DNA of 64,000 nt from a bacterium (GTDB lineage: Bacteria > Planctomycetota > Phycisphaerae > Phycisphaerales > UBA1924): assembly GCA_046339895.1 (NCBI GenBank), contig JBKDDT010000014.1:10567-74566 (forward strand), in the 5' to 3' direction. The translations under genes were made by a program, and so were the position numbers. The notes under the pieces were generated by a model that did no database searches, was not told the origin of the DNA, and worked only from the letters and a program-made list of their open reading frames with translations. Of this stretch, positions 16,390-25,820 are shown piece by piece (position 1 is the first letter of the stretch; each line of letters begins with the position of its first letter).

Positions 16390-18057
16390 TCAGTGCGTCT
16401 TCCGCAGCCGGCCTGTTGGGATGTTCAACTGCCCGCGGTACTTCGCCACCGTCCGCCGGGCGATGTCGAAGCCCTTGGCCTTGAGCGCCTCGGCCAGCGC
16501 GTCGTCGCTCAGCGGGTCGGCCTTGTTCTCATTGTCAACGATCTCCGTCAGCGCGGCCTTGATCGCCTCCCAACTCACCTCTTCACCCGTGTCCGTCGTC
16601 GTTCCACCCGTGAAAAACTTCCGCAGCGGCACCACCCCACGCGGGGTCTGGATCCACTTCTCCGCCACCGCCCGGCTAACCGTCGCAACATGGATCCCCA
16701 GCTGCTCGGCCACCTTCGTCATCGGCAACGGCTTGATCGACTGCGGCCCATAGTCAAAGAACTCACGCTGCGCCGCCACCACCGCCTCGAGCACACGCAA
16801 GAGCGTCCGCTTGCGCTGGGCGATCGCGTCGATCAAAAACGCCGCGTTTCCTAGGTTGGTTTTGAGGAACTCGCGTGTAACCTTCGGCGCGCTCTTGTCG
16901 CGTGCCAGCAGGGCATACTCCTGGTTGATCCGCAGGTTCGGCAGCCGGCGGTCGTTGAGGTACGCAACGTACCGGTCCTGCCCCGAGTCATACTCGACGA
17001 TCCCATCGGGGATGATCCCCGCCACCGGCCGCGTGGAGAGCTCGCGCCCCGGCGCAAGCTTCAGCCGGCGGAGCATCGTGATCCCACCCTTGAGGTCGTC
17101 GATCCTGATGCCGAGCTTGCCGGCGATCTTGGGCAAGCGGTTGGCCATCAGGTCGTCCAGGTGCGCATCGACGATCGCGCGGGCCAACTCCCACTGTGGC
17201 ATCTCATCGGCCTGGGCGTCGGCCTGCCGGGCGTCGATCTGCAACAGCAGGCACTCGCGCATGTCCCGCGCGCCCAGCCCCGGCGGCTCCAGCAGCAACT
17301 GGATCGCCTGCAACCCCCGCCCCAGCTCCTCCGGCGTCGCCCCACGCCCTTGCACATCGGCGATCGTCCCCAGCGGCGTACGCAGGTAACCGTCCTCTTC
17401 GATGTACGGTATCAACACCTCCCCCAACGCACGCACGTCCGGCTTCACGTCCGCGTACCGCCACTGCTCGAAGAGTTGGTCGGTAAAGTGCTCCGCATGC
17501 GCGGCATGATTCGCCAACGCCCCCGACTTCCCATCCGGATCAGCATTCGGGTTCGTCGAAGGCTCATACTCCCTCTCACCCTGACCCTCGCCCTCCGCGT
17601 CGCGCGTGAAACGCTCGCTCTGGTTGTCGTTCTCCGCCGCGTCGGGGTGGTCATGCTCGAAACTCTCCAGACGCTCAAAGTCATCCTCCCCCGACCGGTC
17701 CCCCATCTGGATGGGGACCTCCTCGCTGGTCATCTCACCGTCGTCAAGCGTGGGTGTGAACGAGTCGTCGTTGTCGGCGATGGTGTCCTCGTTACCATCC
17801 CCACCCGAGTCCCCGCCGCTCTCGCCCCCACCCTCAACGCTGGTCTGCCCCTCATCGCTGCCGGCCTGTGTGCTCTGGGCGTCCGCATCGCTCTGGTTCT
17901 CAACCACCTCCAGCGTCGCGTTGCTCTCAAGTTCCTGGTCGATGCGTTCCTGGAGCTCGGCCAGGTTCATCTGGAGGATCTCCATCGACTGGATCATGTG
18001 CGGCGCCAGCTTCATGTGCTGGCCCATCTTCATGAACTGTGAGGTGTCAAATCGCAT
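16390..18057 (-). CDS. rpoN: RNA polymerase sigma-54 factor
   Basis: Region I MKLAPHMIQSMEILQMNLAELQERI, an acidic region II, then a C-terminal HTH and RpoN box (ARRTVAKYRGQLNIP). Confidence 0.92.
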   Translation of the reverse strand: MRFDTSQFMKMGQHMKLAPHMIQSMEILQMNLAELQERIDQELESNATLEVVENQSDADAQSTQAGSDEGQTSVEGGGESGGDSGGDGNEDTIADNDDSFTPTLDDGEMTSEEVPIQMGDRSGEDDFERLESFEHDHPDAAENDNQSERFTRDAEGEGQGEREYEPSTNPNADPDGKSGALANHAAHAEHFTDQLFEQWRYADVKPDVRALGEVLIPYIEEDGYLRTPLGTIADVQGRGATPEELGRGLQAIQLLLEPPGLGARDMRECLLLQIDARQADAQADEMPQWELARAIVDAHLDDLMANRLPKIAGKLGIRIDDLKGGITMLRRLKLAPGRELSTRPVAGIIPDGIVEYDSGQDRYVAYLNDRRLPNLRINQEYALLARDKSAPKVTREFLKTNLGNAAFLIDAIAQRKRTLLRVLEAVVAAQREFFDYGPQSIKPLPMTKVAEQLGIHVATVSRAVAEKWIQTPRGVVPLRKFFTGGTTTDTGEEVSWEAIKAALTEIVDNENKADPLSDDALAEALKAKGFDIARRTVAKYRGQLNIPTGRLRKTH

Positions 18058-18111
18058 GGGCGGGCAGTCGGTCGGTAGAGTGCTCGGTCGTGGTGTGCGT
18101 GGTGTGCTTGC

Positions 18112-18924
18112 TCAGATCGCTGTCCGCCCGGAGATCGCCTCGGCCAGAACCCCCTTGGGCGCCAGCTGCAGCGGCGCCCCCGCCGGCAGGCCCCGAGCAA
18201 GCCTCGTGATCTTGATCCTCGGGTTGATCGCGTTCACCTGCGCCATCAGGTACAGCGACGTGCCGTCACCTTCCAGCGTCGGGTTCAGCCCCAGGATCAC
18301 CTCGGCCACAGCCTGCCCCTGCGCGTTCTGCGCGGCGTCTGTGATCCGCGCAAGAAGTTCCGCGACCGTCAGGCTCTCTGGCCCGATCCCGTCCATCGGC
18401 GCCAGGCACCCCAGCAGCACGTGGTAGACCCCCCGGTACGTCCCGGTGCTCTCTAAGGCCAGCAGGTCGCGTGGCTGCTCGACGACCAGCACCGTCGCCG
18501 GGTCGCGCTTGGCGTCAGCACAGATCGAGCAGACCTTTGACTCCGTCAGGTTCGCGCACACATCGCAGTTGCGGATCGAGGCCTTGACGCCCCCGATGGC
18601 GTGCGCCAGCGCCTGTGCCGTCTGTCCCGGGGCCTTGAGCAGGTGCAGCGCCAAACGCTCGGCACTCCGCCGGCCTATTCCGGGCAGGCGTGCGAGTTCA
18701 TCGATCAACGCCGAGACCGGTGCCGGGTACCCCAGGCTCCGGCTCGGATCAATAAACCCCTGCGCACGCCTGGGCGGGGTCTGCGCACGCCCGGCTCCCT
18801 GCGCAGCACCCGAGCCGGCAGGCCGTGCGACAGGGCTGGGCTGGCCGGGTGAACTCGCGGTACTGGGGGTCGTGTTTGGCACCTCACTATGGTAGATCGT
18901 CCCGGCACCGCTCTTGCTGAACAA
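18112..18924 (-). CDS. recR: Recombination protein RecR (start uncertain)
   Basis: HhH LIDELARLPGIGRRSAERLALHLL, C4 zinc finger CDVCANLTESKVCSIC, Toprim VLVVEQPRDLLALE. ATG 18924 gives a ~70-aa low-complexity N-terminal extension. In-frame CTG/TTG starts near 18720 would give a canonical length. Confidence 0.85.
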   Translation of the reverse strand: MFSKSGAGTIYHSEVPNTTPSTASSPGQPSPVARPAGSGAAQGAGRAQTPPRRAQGFIDPSRSLGYPAPVSALIDELARLPGIGRRSAERLALHLLKAPGQTAQALAHAIGGVKASIRNCDVCANLTESKVCSICADAKRDPATVLVVEQPRDLLALESTGTYRGVYHVLLGCLAPMDGIGPESLTVAELLARITDAAQNAQGQAVAEVILGLNPTLEGDGTSLYLMAQVNAINPRIKITRLARGLPAGAPLQLAPKGVLAEAISGRTAI

Positions 18925-19383
18925 ACAAACACCGATTATCTTCTCAATACCCCGCCCGTCGCCCGGCTACACGCCCGCCCAGCACCCCCACCTCGCCAAC
19001 CACGCGGCAGAAAAAATTTACCCCCCCGCCTCCGGCACGCAAAATCGGCAAATCACGCCACCCTCCCGCCCCCGGCACAATGCACCGGCAACACACCGCC
19101 GGCGTCCTCTTGCCGCCGGGTGCCGTCATCCTCCCAACGATTCCCCCATGGTTGCGCATGTTTTTGGGTTTGTGCAACCCTTGGCCCAACCCGTGCGGAA
19201 AGATCGCTCCTACCGGTCAGGCCCTTGCCGCCGGGAGCAGACCAAGGGCCACCGGGACGTAGACCAAGGGTTTGTCCGGTGAAAAGTTCGGGGGTCCGGT
19301 TTGCTTTCTGGGCTTAGGCCCGTTATCTTCCGACCTTGCACGGGCCGGGGAGATGTTCCGCCCGCTGTCCACGGAGCCATCGC

Positions 19384-22300
19384 ATGCGCGTCTTTGCCGA
19401 TCGTTCAGCCAGCACCTTGATCCTCACCGGCGCAGTGGCCCTTGCGAGCGCGTGTACCTTGAATCTACCGGCGGCCCTCGCCTCGGCTGCGGGCAGCGCA
19501 AAGAAAGTTGTCTTTGCCGACGCACCCACCCTCGCGCAGGCAAGCGAACTGATCCAGGCCAACAAACTCATCGAGGCCAAGAGCATCATCGAGAGCCTCC
19601 TGCTCAGCCCCGCGACAAGCCAGGGCGACCGCAACGCCGCCGGCGCCTTGCTGCAGATGGTCAACGCCCGCATCAGCACCGCCAACCCGATCGACCTGAG
19701 CCTCCAGCGCGCCACCCTCGCCCTGGCGAACGACGACCTCCGCCAGGCCGAGCGCCAGGCCAGCGCGGTCCTGACCGTCCCCTCGGCCAGCGCCGAGTGG
19801 AAGGCCAAGGCCCAGGAGGTCCTCGACGCCGTCGCCAAGCGCAAGGCCTCACTCCAGGGCCAAGTCCCCGCCGTGCTCGACAAGGCGCAGAACGACTTCA
19901 ACGCCGGGCGATTCGCCGACGCACGCTCGGGTGTCGAGACGCTCAACAAGTGGGGCCTGCAACCCGCCGAGGCCGACCAGGCCCGACTTGATGCCCTGCA
20001 ACTGAAGATCGTCGAGATCGCCAAGATCAGCGGCGGGGCGATCACCGACGGCGGCATCACCACCAGCCCTGCACCCACCCCGGCCAGCAACACAGATTCG
20101 GGCGTCCGCCTCGTCAAGGATCAGACCATCGCGCCCCCCGCTGGGGCCACCACCAATGCTCCTGCCCCGGCACTGCCCGCAGCCTCCCCCCAGCCCTTCT
20201 ACCCCGCCGACAAAGAGCAGGTCGCAAAGGCCTCCACCCCCCGCATCTCCGAAGGTGGCACGGCCATGACCGGCACCGTCGAGCAGGCCGCCCCCGCCGC
20301 TGCTCCCGCACCCGCCGGGGCCCACGCACCCGCCCCGGCCCCCGAGGCGGCCCCGGCACCCCAGCAGCCCGAGCAACTCGACCTCGTCGCCCTCGCCCTC
20401 CGTGCCGAGGCCCAGCGGTCCCTCTTCGAAGCCGACCAGAGTTATGACGGTGGTCGCTACGCCGAGGCGGCACGCAAGTATGAGTCCGTCCTGGCCGGTC
20501 AACGCCAGTACCTCTCCCCCGAGGACATCGCCCGCGCCGAGCAGCGTCTGGCCCAGGCCCGCGTCCGCCTGCAAAGCCCCACCGGCGGCACGCTCGAGCA
20601 GAGCGTCGAGCAGAACTTCACCCTCGTGCGCGAAAAGACGATCGCCGAGTTTGAGAACGCGCTGACCGAAGCGCAGTCGGCCCTCAAAGCCGGCAACGCC
20701 GACCGCGCGGCGACCCTCGCCGTGGGCGCACAGCTCACGCTCGACCGCGCGCGGACGTACTTCTCCCAAGCCGAGTACGACAAACTCTCCGACCGCGCCT
20801 CGGCCCTCAAGGCCGACATCAGCAAAGAGGCCGACGCCATCGCCACACGCAACCGCGCCGAGAGCGAGGCCAAGGCCGGGCAGGTCGCCAAGAAGGCCGA
20901 GCAAGACCTGCGTGCGGCTAAGGAACGCCGCATCAGCGACAGCATCGCCCGCATCCGCGCGCTCCAGCGCGAGCAGAAGTACGAAGAGGCCCAGGAGATC
21001 GTCGCCCAGGTCCTCTTCATGGACCCGGTCAACCCCTCGGCCCTGCTGCTGCGGGACATCATCTCTGATGTGATCGCCTTCCGCCGGGCCGACGAAATCG
21101 GCCGACGCAAACGCGTCGGGATGCAGAGCCTCAAGATCGAGAACCGCGAGGCGACGGTCCCCCCGACCGAACTGGTCACGTATCCCACAGACTGGCCCCA
21201 GCTGACAATGATGCGCACCGGCGCAGGGGGCTACTACGAGACCCCGGCTAACCGTGCCGCGATCGCCAGCCTCGAAGGCACACGCATCCCCGTGCAGTTC
21301 AACGGCGTGCCCCTGGGCAACGCCCTGGCCTATATCGGCAAGTCCGCCGGGGTCGACATCGACCCGGACTGGCGCAGCCTGGCGACCATCGGGGTCTCGG
21401 CCCAGACGCCCATCACGATGAACTTCAACGCCGACCAGCCGGCTAAGCAGGTGCTCGAAAAGGTCATCTCCCGCCTGAGCGCCGACAAGTTCGCCCGTGC
21501 CGACTTTGCCATCAAGAACGGGATCGTCGAGGTTGGCTCGGCTGACTCGATCAAGCAGCAGACGGTCGTCGAGCACTATCCCATCACCGACCTGCTGGCC
21601 GTCGCACCCGACTATGCCGATGTGCCCGAGACGGACCTGTCCAAGATCGTCAAGAGCCAGGCCCGCCGGGCCGAGGGCGTCGGGCGCGAGACGCGCGACC
21701 CCTTCGCCATCAAGGCCGAGGGCCGCAACAAGAGCACCGGCGACCGCCGTGAACGCGTCCGCGCACTGGTGCAGATGATCCAGCAGAACATCGACGCCGA
21801 CAGCTGGCGCGACAACGGCGGGGACACCGGCACGATCATGGAGCTCAACTCCGTGCTCGTCATCACCGCCACGCCCCGCAACCACCGCGAGATCACGGGC
21901 CTGCTCAGCCGCCTACGCGAAATCCGTCAGACACAGATCAACGTCGAGACCCGCTTCCTCCTCGTCAACCAGGACTTCTTCGAGCAGATCAGCTTCGACC
22001 TGGATGTCTACTTCAACAACAACGGCAACCAGGTCCAGAACGCCCGCCAGCTCGACCCGAACGTCCGCGCCAGCGACTTCTTCGCCTTCCCCAGCAACCA
22101 GTACCTCCGCCGCACGCTCGACTCGAATCTCTACGGCATCACCGCCGGCGGCAACCGCACCACCGTTACCCCCTTCATCTCAGGCGGGCAGGGCAACCAA
22201 CCAGGCGCCAACCCCCCAATCGACTTTGGCCTCCAGCAGACGCCCCCCCGCGGGTGGTCCCCCATCGGCGTTTCACAAAACTCCGGCAGACTCGCCGAGG

Positions 22301-23049
22301 GCCTCACCCCCTCGACCAACACCTTCGTCTCGGGCCTCCTTGCCGCGTCTCCCGCCCTCGGCATCGCCGGCACGTACATGGACGACATCCAGGTCGACTT
22401 CCTCATCAAGGCCACACAGGCCGACCGCCGGACCATTACCCTCAACGCACCACGACTGACGTTCACCAACGGCCAGATCGCCAACGTCGTCGTCGGCACC
22501 CAACGTGGGTTCGTCTCGGACCTGGAGATCGTCACCGGCGAGAGCGCCGTTGGCTTTGACCCCACGCCCGACTCCATCGCCGACGGCGTGACGCTCCTGG
22601 TCGAGGGTGTCGCCTCCGCAGACCGCCGCTATGTCACCCTCAACGTCGAGGCCGGCGTCTCGACTATCCAGGAACTGGTCAACTTTCCCGTCTCGGCCAC
22701 CGCAGGCACCCGCGTCGTAACCAGCGACACCGTCGGCGGCCCAGGCTCGGTCTCTAGCAGCGTCCAGCTCCCGCTGCTCAACGTCAGCCAGGTCAACACC
22801 ACCGTAACCGTGCCCGACCAGGGCACCATCCTCCTCGGCGGCCAACGCCTCAGCACCGAACTGCAGATCGAGACCGGCGTCCCCGTCCTGAGCAAAATCC
22901 CCGTCATCAACCGCTTCTTCACCAACCGCATCGAGTCCCGACAGGACGCAACCCTCCTCATCCTCCTCAAGCCCACCGTCCTGGTCCAGTCCGAGCAGGA
23001 AGAACGCTTCTTCCCCGGCCTCAACGACGCACTCCGCAGCGGGAACTAA
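19384..23049 (+). CDS. Giant secretin-family outer-membrane channel protein (GspD/PilQ-like C-terminus)
   Basis: ATG 19384 gives the signal peptide MRVFADRSASTLILTGAVALASA. The C-terminal ~450 aa show secretin N-domain patterns (LVITATPRNHREITGLLSRLREIR) and a secretin core ending VPVLSKIPVINRFFTNRIESRQDATLLILLKPTVL. The N-terminal ~750 aa is helical/TPR-like with an A/P-rich linker. Confidence 0.8.
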   Translation: MRVFADRSASTLILTGAVALASACTLNLPAALASAAGSAKKVVFADAPTLAQASELIQANKLIEAKSIIESLLLSPATSQGDRNAAGALLQMVNARISTANPIDLSLQRATLALANDDLRQAERQASAVLTVPSASAEWKAKAQEVLDAVAKRKASLQGQVPAVLDKAQNDFNAGRFADARSGVETLNKWGLQPAEADQARLDALQLKIVEIAKISGGAITDGGITTSPAPTPASNTDSGVRLVKDQTIAPPAGATTNAPAPALPAASPQPFYPADKEQVAKASTPRISEGGTAMTGTVEQAAPAAAPAPAGAHAPAPAPEAAPAPQQPEQLDLVALALRAEAQRSLFEADQSYDGGRYAEAARKYESVLAGQRQYLSPEDIARAEQRLAQARVRLQSPTGGTLEQSVEQNFTLVREKTIAEFENALTEAQSALKAGNADRAATLAVGAQLTLDRARTYFSQAEYDKLSDRASALKADISKEADAIATRNRAESEAKAGQVAKKAEQDLRAAKERRISDSIARIRALQREQKYEEAQEIVAQVLFMDPVNPSALLLRDIISDVIAFRRADEIGRRKRVGMQSLKIENREATVPPTELVTYPTDWPQLTMMRTGAGGYYETPANRAAIASLEGTRIPVQFNGVPLGNALAYIGKSAGVDIDPDWRSLATIGVSAQTPITMNFNADQPAKQVLEKVISRLSADKFARADFAIKNGIVEVGSADSIKQQTVVEHYPITDLLAVAPDYADVPETDLSKIVKSQARRAEGVGRETRDPFAIKAEGRNKSTGDRRERVRALVQMIQQNIDADSWRDNGGDTGTIMELNSVLVITATPRNHREITGLLSRLREIRQTQINVETRFLLVNQDFFEQISFDLDVYFNNNGNQVQNARQLDPNVRASDFFAFPSNQYLRRTLDSNLYGITAGGNRTTVTPFISGGQGNQPGANPPIDFGLQQTPPRGWSPIGVSQNSGRLAEGLTPSTNTFVSGLLAASPALGIAGTYMDDIQVDFLIKATQADRRTITLNAPRLTFTNGQIANVVVGTQRGFVSDLEIVTGESAVGFDPTPDSIADGVTLLVEGVASADRRYVTLNVEAGVSTIQELVNFPVSATAGTRVVTSDTVGGPGSVSSSVQLPLLNVSQVNTTVTVPDQGTILLGGQRLSTELQIETGVPVLSKIPVINRFFTNRIESRQDATLLILLKPTVLVQSEQEERFFPGLNDALRSGN

Positions 23050-23091
23050 TACCAGCAACCCGCCACGCAGTCATCCACAAGCATGATCCCA

Positions 23092-23125
23092 GCGGGCGCC
23101 CACCAACGGGCGCCCGTTTTCTTTC
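23092..23125 (+). terminator. Rho-independent terminator after the secretin gene
   Basis: cgggcgccc (23092-23100) / accaac loop / gggcgcccg (23107-23115): perfect 9-bp GC stem followed by ttttctttcc. Confidence 0.7.
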
Positions 23126-23173
23126 CCCAACCACGCCCGTGATCCCGCCCCCGACGGCTCTACCATCGCTGCC

Positions 23174-24139
23174 GTGACCGACCGCCTCTTGCATCTCGTC
23201 GAGCGACTCGCCGGCTACCAGTGGTGGCAGGTCCTCGTCGAGCTCGCGGTCATCTGGATCGTCGTCTGGGTCGTCGTCCGCCTTGTCCAGGGCACACGCG
23301 CCGCCGGCGCGCTCAAGAGCGCGTTCCTCCTCATCGTCATTGCCGCACTGGTCGTCCGCATCCTCGGCCAGCACGAGTCCTTCGCACGCCTGACGTTTGT
23401 CTTCAACGCCATCTTTGCCGTCGCGGCCGTCGGGCTGATCGTCATCTTCCAGCCCGAGCTTCGCCGGGGGCTTATCCGCCTGGGCGAGTCCCCCATCTTC
23501 GGGCGCAAGATCGAGGTCGCCACCGAGACCGTCGACGCCGTCAGCGAGGCCGCCGCCTATCTGAGCAAGGCCCGCTTCGGGGGCCTGATCGTCGTCGAGC
23601 GCTCGACCCCGCTCAAGGGACTGGCCGAGGGTGGCACGCTCATCGATGCGCACGTCTCCAGCCGGCTGCTGCAGACGATCTTCTTCCCAGGCTCGGCGTT
23701 GCACGACCTGGCCGTGCTCATCAAGGACGACCGCATCAAGGCCGCCGGCGTCCAGCTCCCCCTGGCCAACGCCGAGGACACACCCGACGCCACCCTCGGC
23801 TCACGACACCGCGCCGCCCTGGGCATCAGCAACGAGAGCGACGCACTCGTCGTCGTCGTCAGCGAAGAGACCGGCACCATCACCCTCGCCGAGCGCGGCG
23901 AGCTGACCCGCGGCCTCAACGAGGCCGAACTTCGCGGCCTCCTGCTCCTCAAACTCAACGAGGGCCTCGTAACAGCCGTGCAAGAGGAACCCGAAAACGT
24001 CGTCGAGGCCGAAAAAGAGCCACACCCCGACGCCGACGACCCCTCCACAGAACATCATCACCACCCATCAACCACCGACGACCCCGACGCCACCGCCCCC
24101 ATTGACCGGGCGCAGACCACCCGGGAGGGCCGCCCATGA
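23174..24139 (+). CDS. cdaA: Diadenylate cyclase CdaA
   Basis: GTG start. Three N-terminal TM helices. DAC domain motifs GGLIVVERSTPL, LHDLAVLIKDDRI, LGSRHRAALGISNESDALVVVVSEETGTI. Acidic, His-rich C-terminal tail. Confidence 0.9.
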   Translation: MTDRLLHLVERLAGYQWWQVLVELAVIWIVVWVVVRLVQGTRAAGALKSAFLLIVIAALVVRILGQHESFARLTFVFNAIFAVAAVGLIVIFQPELRRGLIRLGESPIFGRKIEVATETVDAVSEAAAYLSKARFGGLIVVERSTPLKGLAEGGTLIDAHVSSRLLQTIFFPGSALHDLAVLIKDDRIKAAGVQLPLANAEDTPDATLGSRHRAALGISNESDALVVVVSEETGTITLAERGELTRGLNEAELRGLLLLKLNEGLVTAVQEEPENVVEAEKEPHPDADDPSTEHHHHPSTTDDPDATAPIDRAQTTREGRP

Positions 24140-24528
24140 GCCGCCTCAAGTCCTTCGGCGTCGTAACGCTCGTAACCATCCTCATCTGGCTTTGGGCCGA
24201 GGCCTCGATCGTCTCCGACCCCGCCCGCGCCGGCAACCAGGAACTCCTGCTCGAAAACGTCCCCGTCCTCATCGCCTGCACCCCGGCAACGGCCAAGGCC
24301 TTTGACCTCCAGCCCCAGACGCCCCTGCTCGGCCCCATCCGCGTCCGTGGCACGCGCCAAGCAATCGACGCCATCCGCAACGCGCACGCCTCCCCACGCA
24401 TCCTCGTCGAGATCAACGACGCCGCACCCGGCCTGCTCGTCGTCCCCGGCGAGATCTCCCCCTCCTGGCTGGGCCTGACCGTCGTTGGCCCCCCGATCAA
24501 GGTCGTCATCCAAGTTACCGGGCGGTAG
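24136..24528 (+). CDS. cdaR: CdaR-like regulator (single YbbR-like domain)
   Basis: The ATG overlaps the cdaA stop (ATGA). N-terminal TM anchor (FGVVTLVTILIWLWA) plus one beta-rich YbbR-like pattern (IRVRG...ILVEIND...VVIQV). Position after cdaA matches cdaA-cdaR operons. Confidence 0.55.
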   Translation: MSRLKSFGVVTLVTILIWLWAEASIVSDPARAGNQELLLENVPVLIACTPATAKAFDLQPQTPLLGPIRVRGTRQAIDAIRNAHASPRILVEINDAAPGLLVVPGEISPSWLGLTVVGPPIKVVIQVTGR

Positions 24529-24577
24529 CAACCCCCGCCCCACCGGCGCCCTGCCCAACCGCGCTTACAGTTGCCCA

Positions 24578-24970
24578 ATGCCCAACCCCGTCCCGGTGAT
24601 CCTGCTCGCCGCTCTTGTACTCCCCGGGTGCGCAAGCCCCGAGATGGGCCAGGGCTTTGACGCAACCGACGGCAGTTCGCGCATCGGGGCCATCACCGCC
24701 GTGGCTCGAACCAACGACACGCTCGATCTCCCAAAGGTCGCCGACGCCCTCAACGACAACGACCCTGCCGTACGCGTTGCCGCGATTGCCACGCTCCGCC
24801 AAATGACCGGCACCGACCTCGGCTACAACCCTTGGGCCTCCCCCCAAGACCGCCAAGACGCACCCCAAAAGTTCAAGGCCTATTTCAACGTGCACCCCCA
24901 GGCCCAAACCGGTGGGGATAATCACGCCATCACACCCCAACCTCCCGCCACTCAAGCCCTCAACCCCTAA
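24578..24970 (+). CDS. Lipoprotein with HEAT-like repeat (hypothetical)
   Basis: ATG 24578 gives MPNPVPVILLAALVLPGC (lipobox). HEAT-like DPAVRVAAIATLRQMTG. ORF track start 24485 overlaps cdaR. Confidence 0.5.
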   Translation: MPNPVPVILLAALVLPGCASPEMGQGFDATDGSSRIGAITAVARTNDTLDLPKVADALNDNDPAVRVAAIATLRQMTGTDLGYNPWASPQDRQDAPQKFKAYFNVHPQAQTGGDNHAITPQPPATQALNP

Positions 24971-24979
24971 GAAGCACCG

Positions 24980-25465
24980 ATGTCGGCAGAGCAACCCCAC
25001 GTCCGGCTGGAGATCCTCAGCAACCCGCTGCTCAACTGCGGCGCACGCGAGATGGTCGCCAGCATGTCCAGACGCATGGGCTTTGCCGAGGACGCCGCCT
25101 GCCAGATCGCACTGGCCGTTGACGAGGCCCTCTGCAACATCGAACGCCACGGCTACGACCGCCAGACCGACCGACCCATCTGGCTCTCACTGCACGCCAT
25201 CGGGGGTCTGGCCCAGAACGGCACCTCCTCCAGCCCCACCGAAGGCCTCAAAATCGTCATCGAAGACGAAGCGCAACAAATCGACCCCAACCTCATCAAG
25301 AGCCGCCCGCTCGACGAGATCCGCCCCGGCGGCCTCGGCGTACACATCATCCGCGAGGTGATGGACGAGGTCATCTACGAGCAGCGACCCAACTCGGGCA
25401 TGCGCCTGACCATGATCAAAATGCGCAACCCACAGCGCAAGAAAGACAGCGGAGGCCCCTCATGA
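24980..25465 (+). CDS. Anti-sigma-factor-type serine kinase (RsbW/SpoIIAB-like HATPase)
   Basis: VDEALCNIERHGYD (N-box-like) and RPGGLGVHIIREVMDEVIYE (G-box) motifs. 161 aa, 9 nt after the lipoprotein gene. Confidence 0.8.
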   Translation: MSAEQPHVRLEILSNPLLNCGAREMVASMSRRMGFAEDAACQIALAVDEALCNIERHGYDRQTDRPIWLSLHAIGGLAQNGTSSSPTEGLKIVIEDEAQQIDPNLIKSRPLDEIRPGGLGVHIIREVMDEVIYEQRPNSGMRLTMIKMRNPQRKKDSGGPS

Positions 25466-25812
25466 GCGACTCGGCCCTGACCATCATCTCACGAGTCGAG
25501 GGGAACGCGACCATCGTCTCACCAGCCGGGGACATCGACCTCAACGGGGCACCCGCCTTCAAGTCGCAACTGCGCACCATCCAGAGCGCACTCAAGCCCG
25601 GCGGGCGATTGGTCCTTGACCTCTCGGCCGTGCCCTACATGGACAGCTCGGGCCTGGCCACCATCATCGAGAGCATGCAGGCCGCACGCCGGCAGTCCTT
25701 CAAACTCATCCTCTGCGGCCTGACCCCCCGCGTCCGCGCGATCTTCGAGATTGCAAAGTTGCACACGGTGTTTACGATAAAGGGCACGTTGGCCGAGGCG
25801 CTGGCTGCGTGA
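25462..25812 (+). CDS. STAS-domain anti-sigma-factor antagonist (RsbV/SpoIIAA-like)
   Basis: LDLSAVPYMDSSGLATIIE contains the phosphorylatable Ser context (DSSG). 116 aa. The start overlaps the kinase stop (ATGA). Confidence 0.85.
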   Translation: MSDSALTIISRVEGNATIVSPAGDIDLNGAPAFKSQLRTIQSALKPGGRLVLDLSAVPYMDSSGLATIIESMQAARRQSFKLILCGLTPRVRAIFEIAKLHTVFTIKGTLAEALAA

Positions 25813-25820
25813 GGGCGGGT

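Noticed and set aside
19849-21885. 678-aa ORF antisense to the secretin gene, plus similar antisense ORFs opposite pnp (42540..43973+), pdhB, asnS and others.
   Set aside because: A GC-rich reverse-frame artefact: G/A/D/V-rich with no domain signature, and the sense frames carry clear family motifs.
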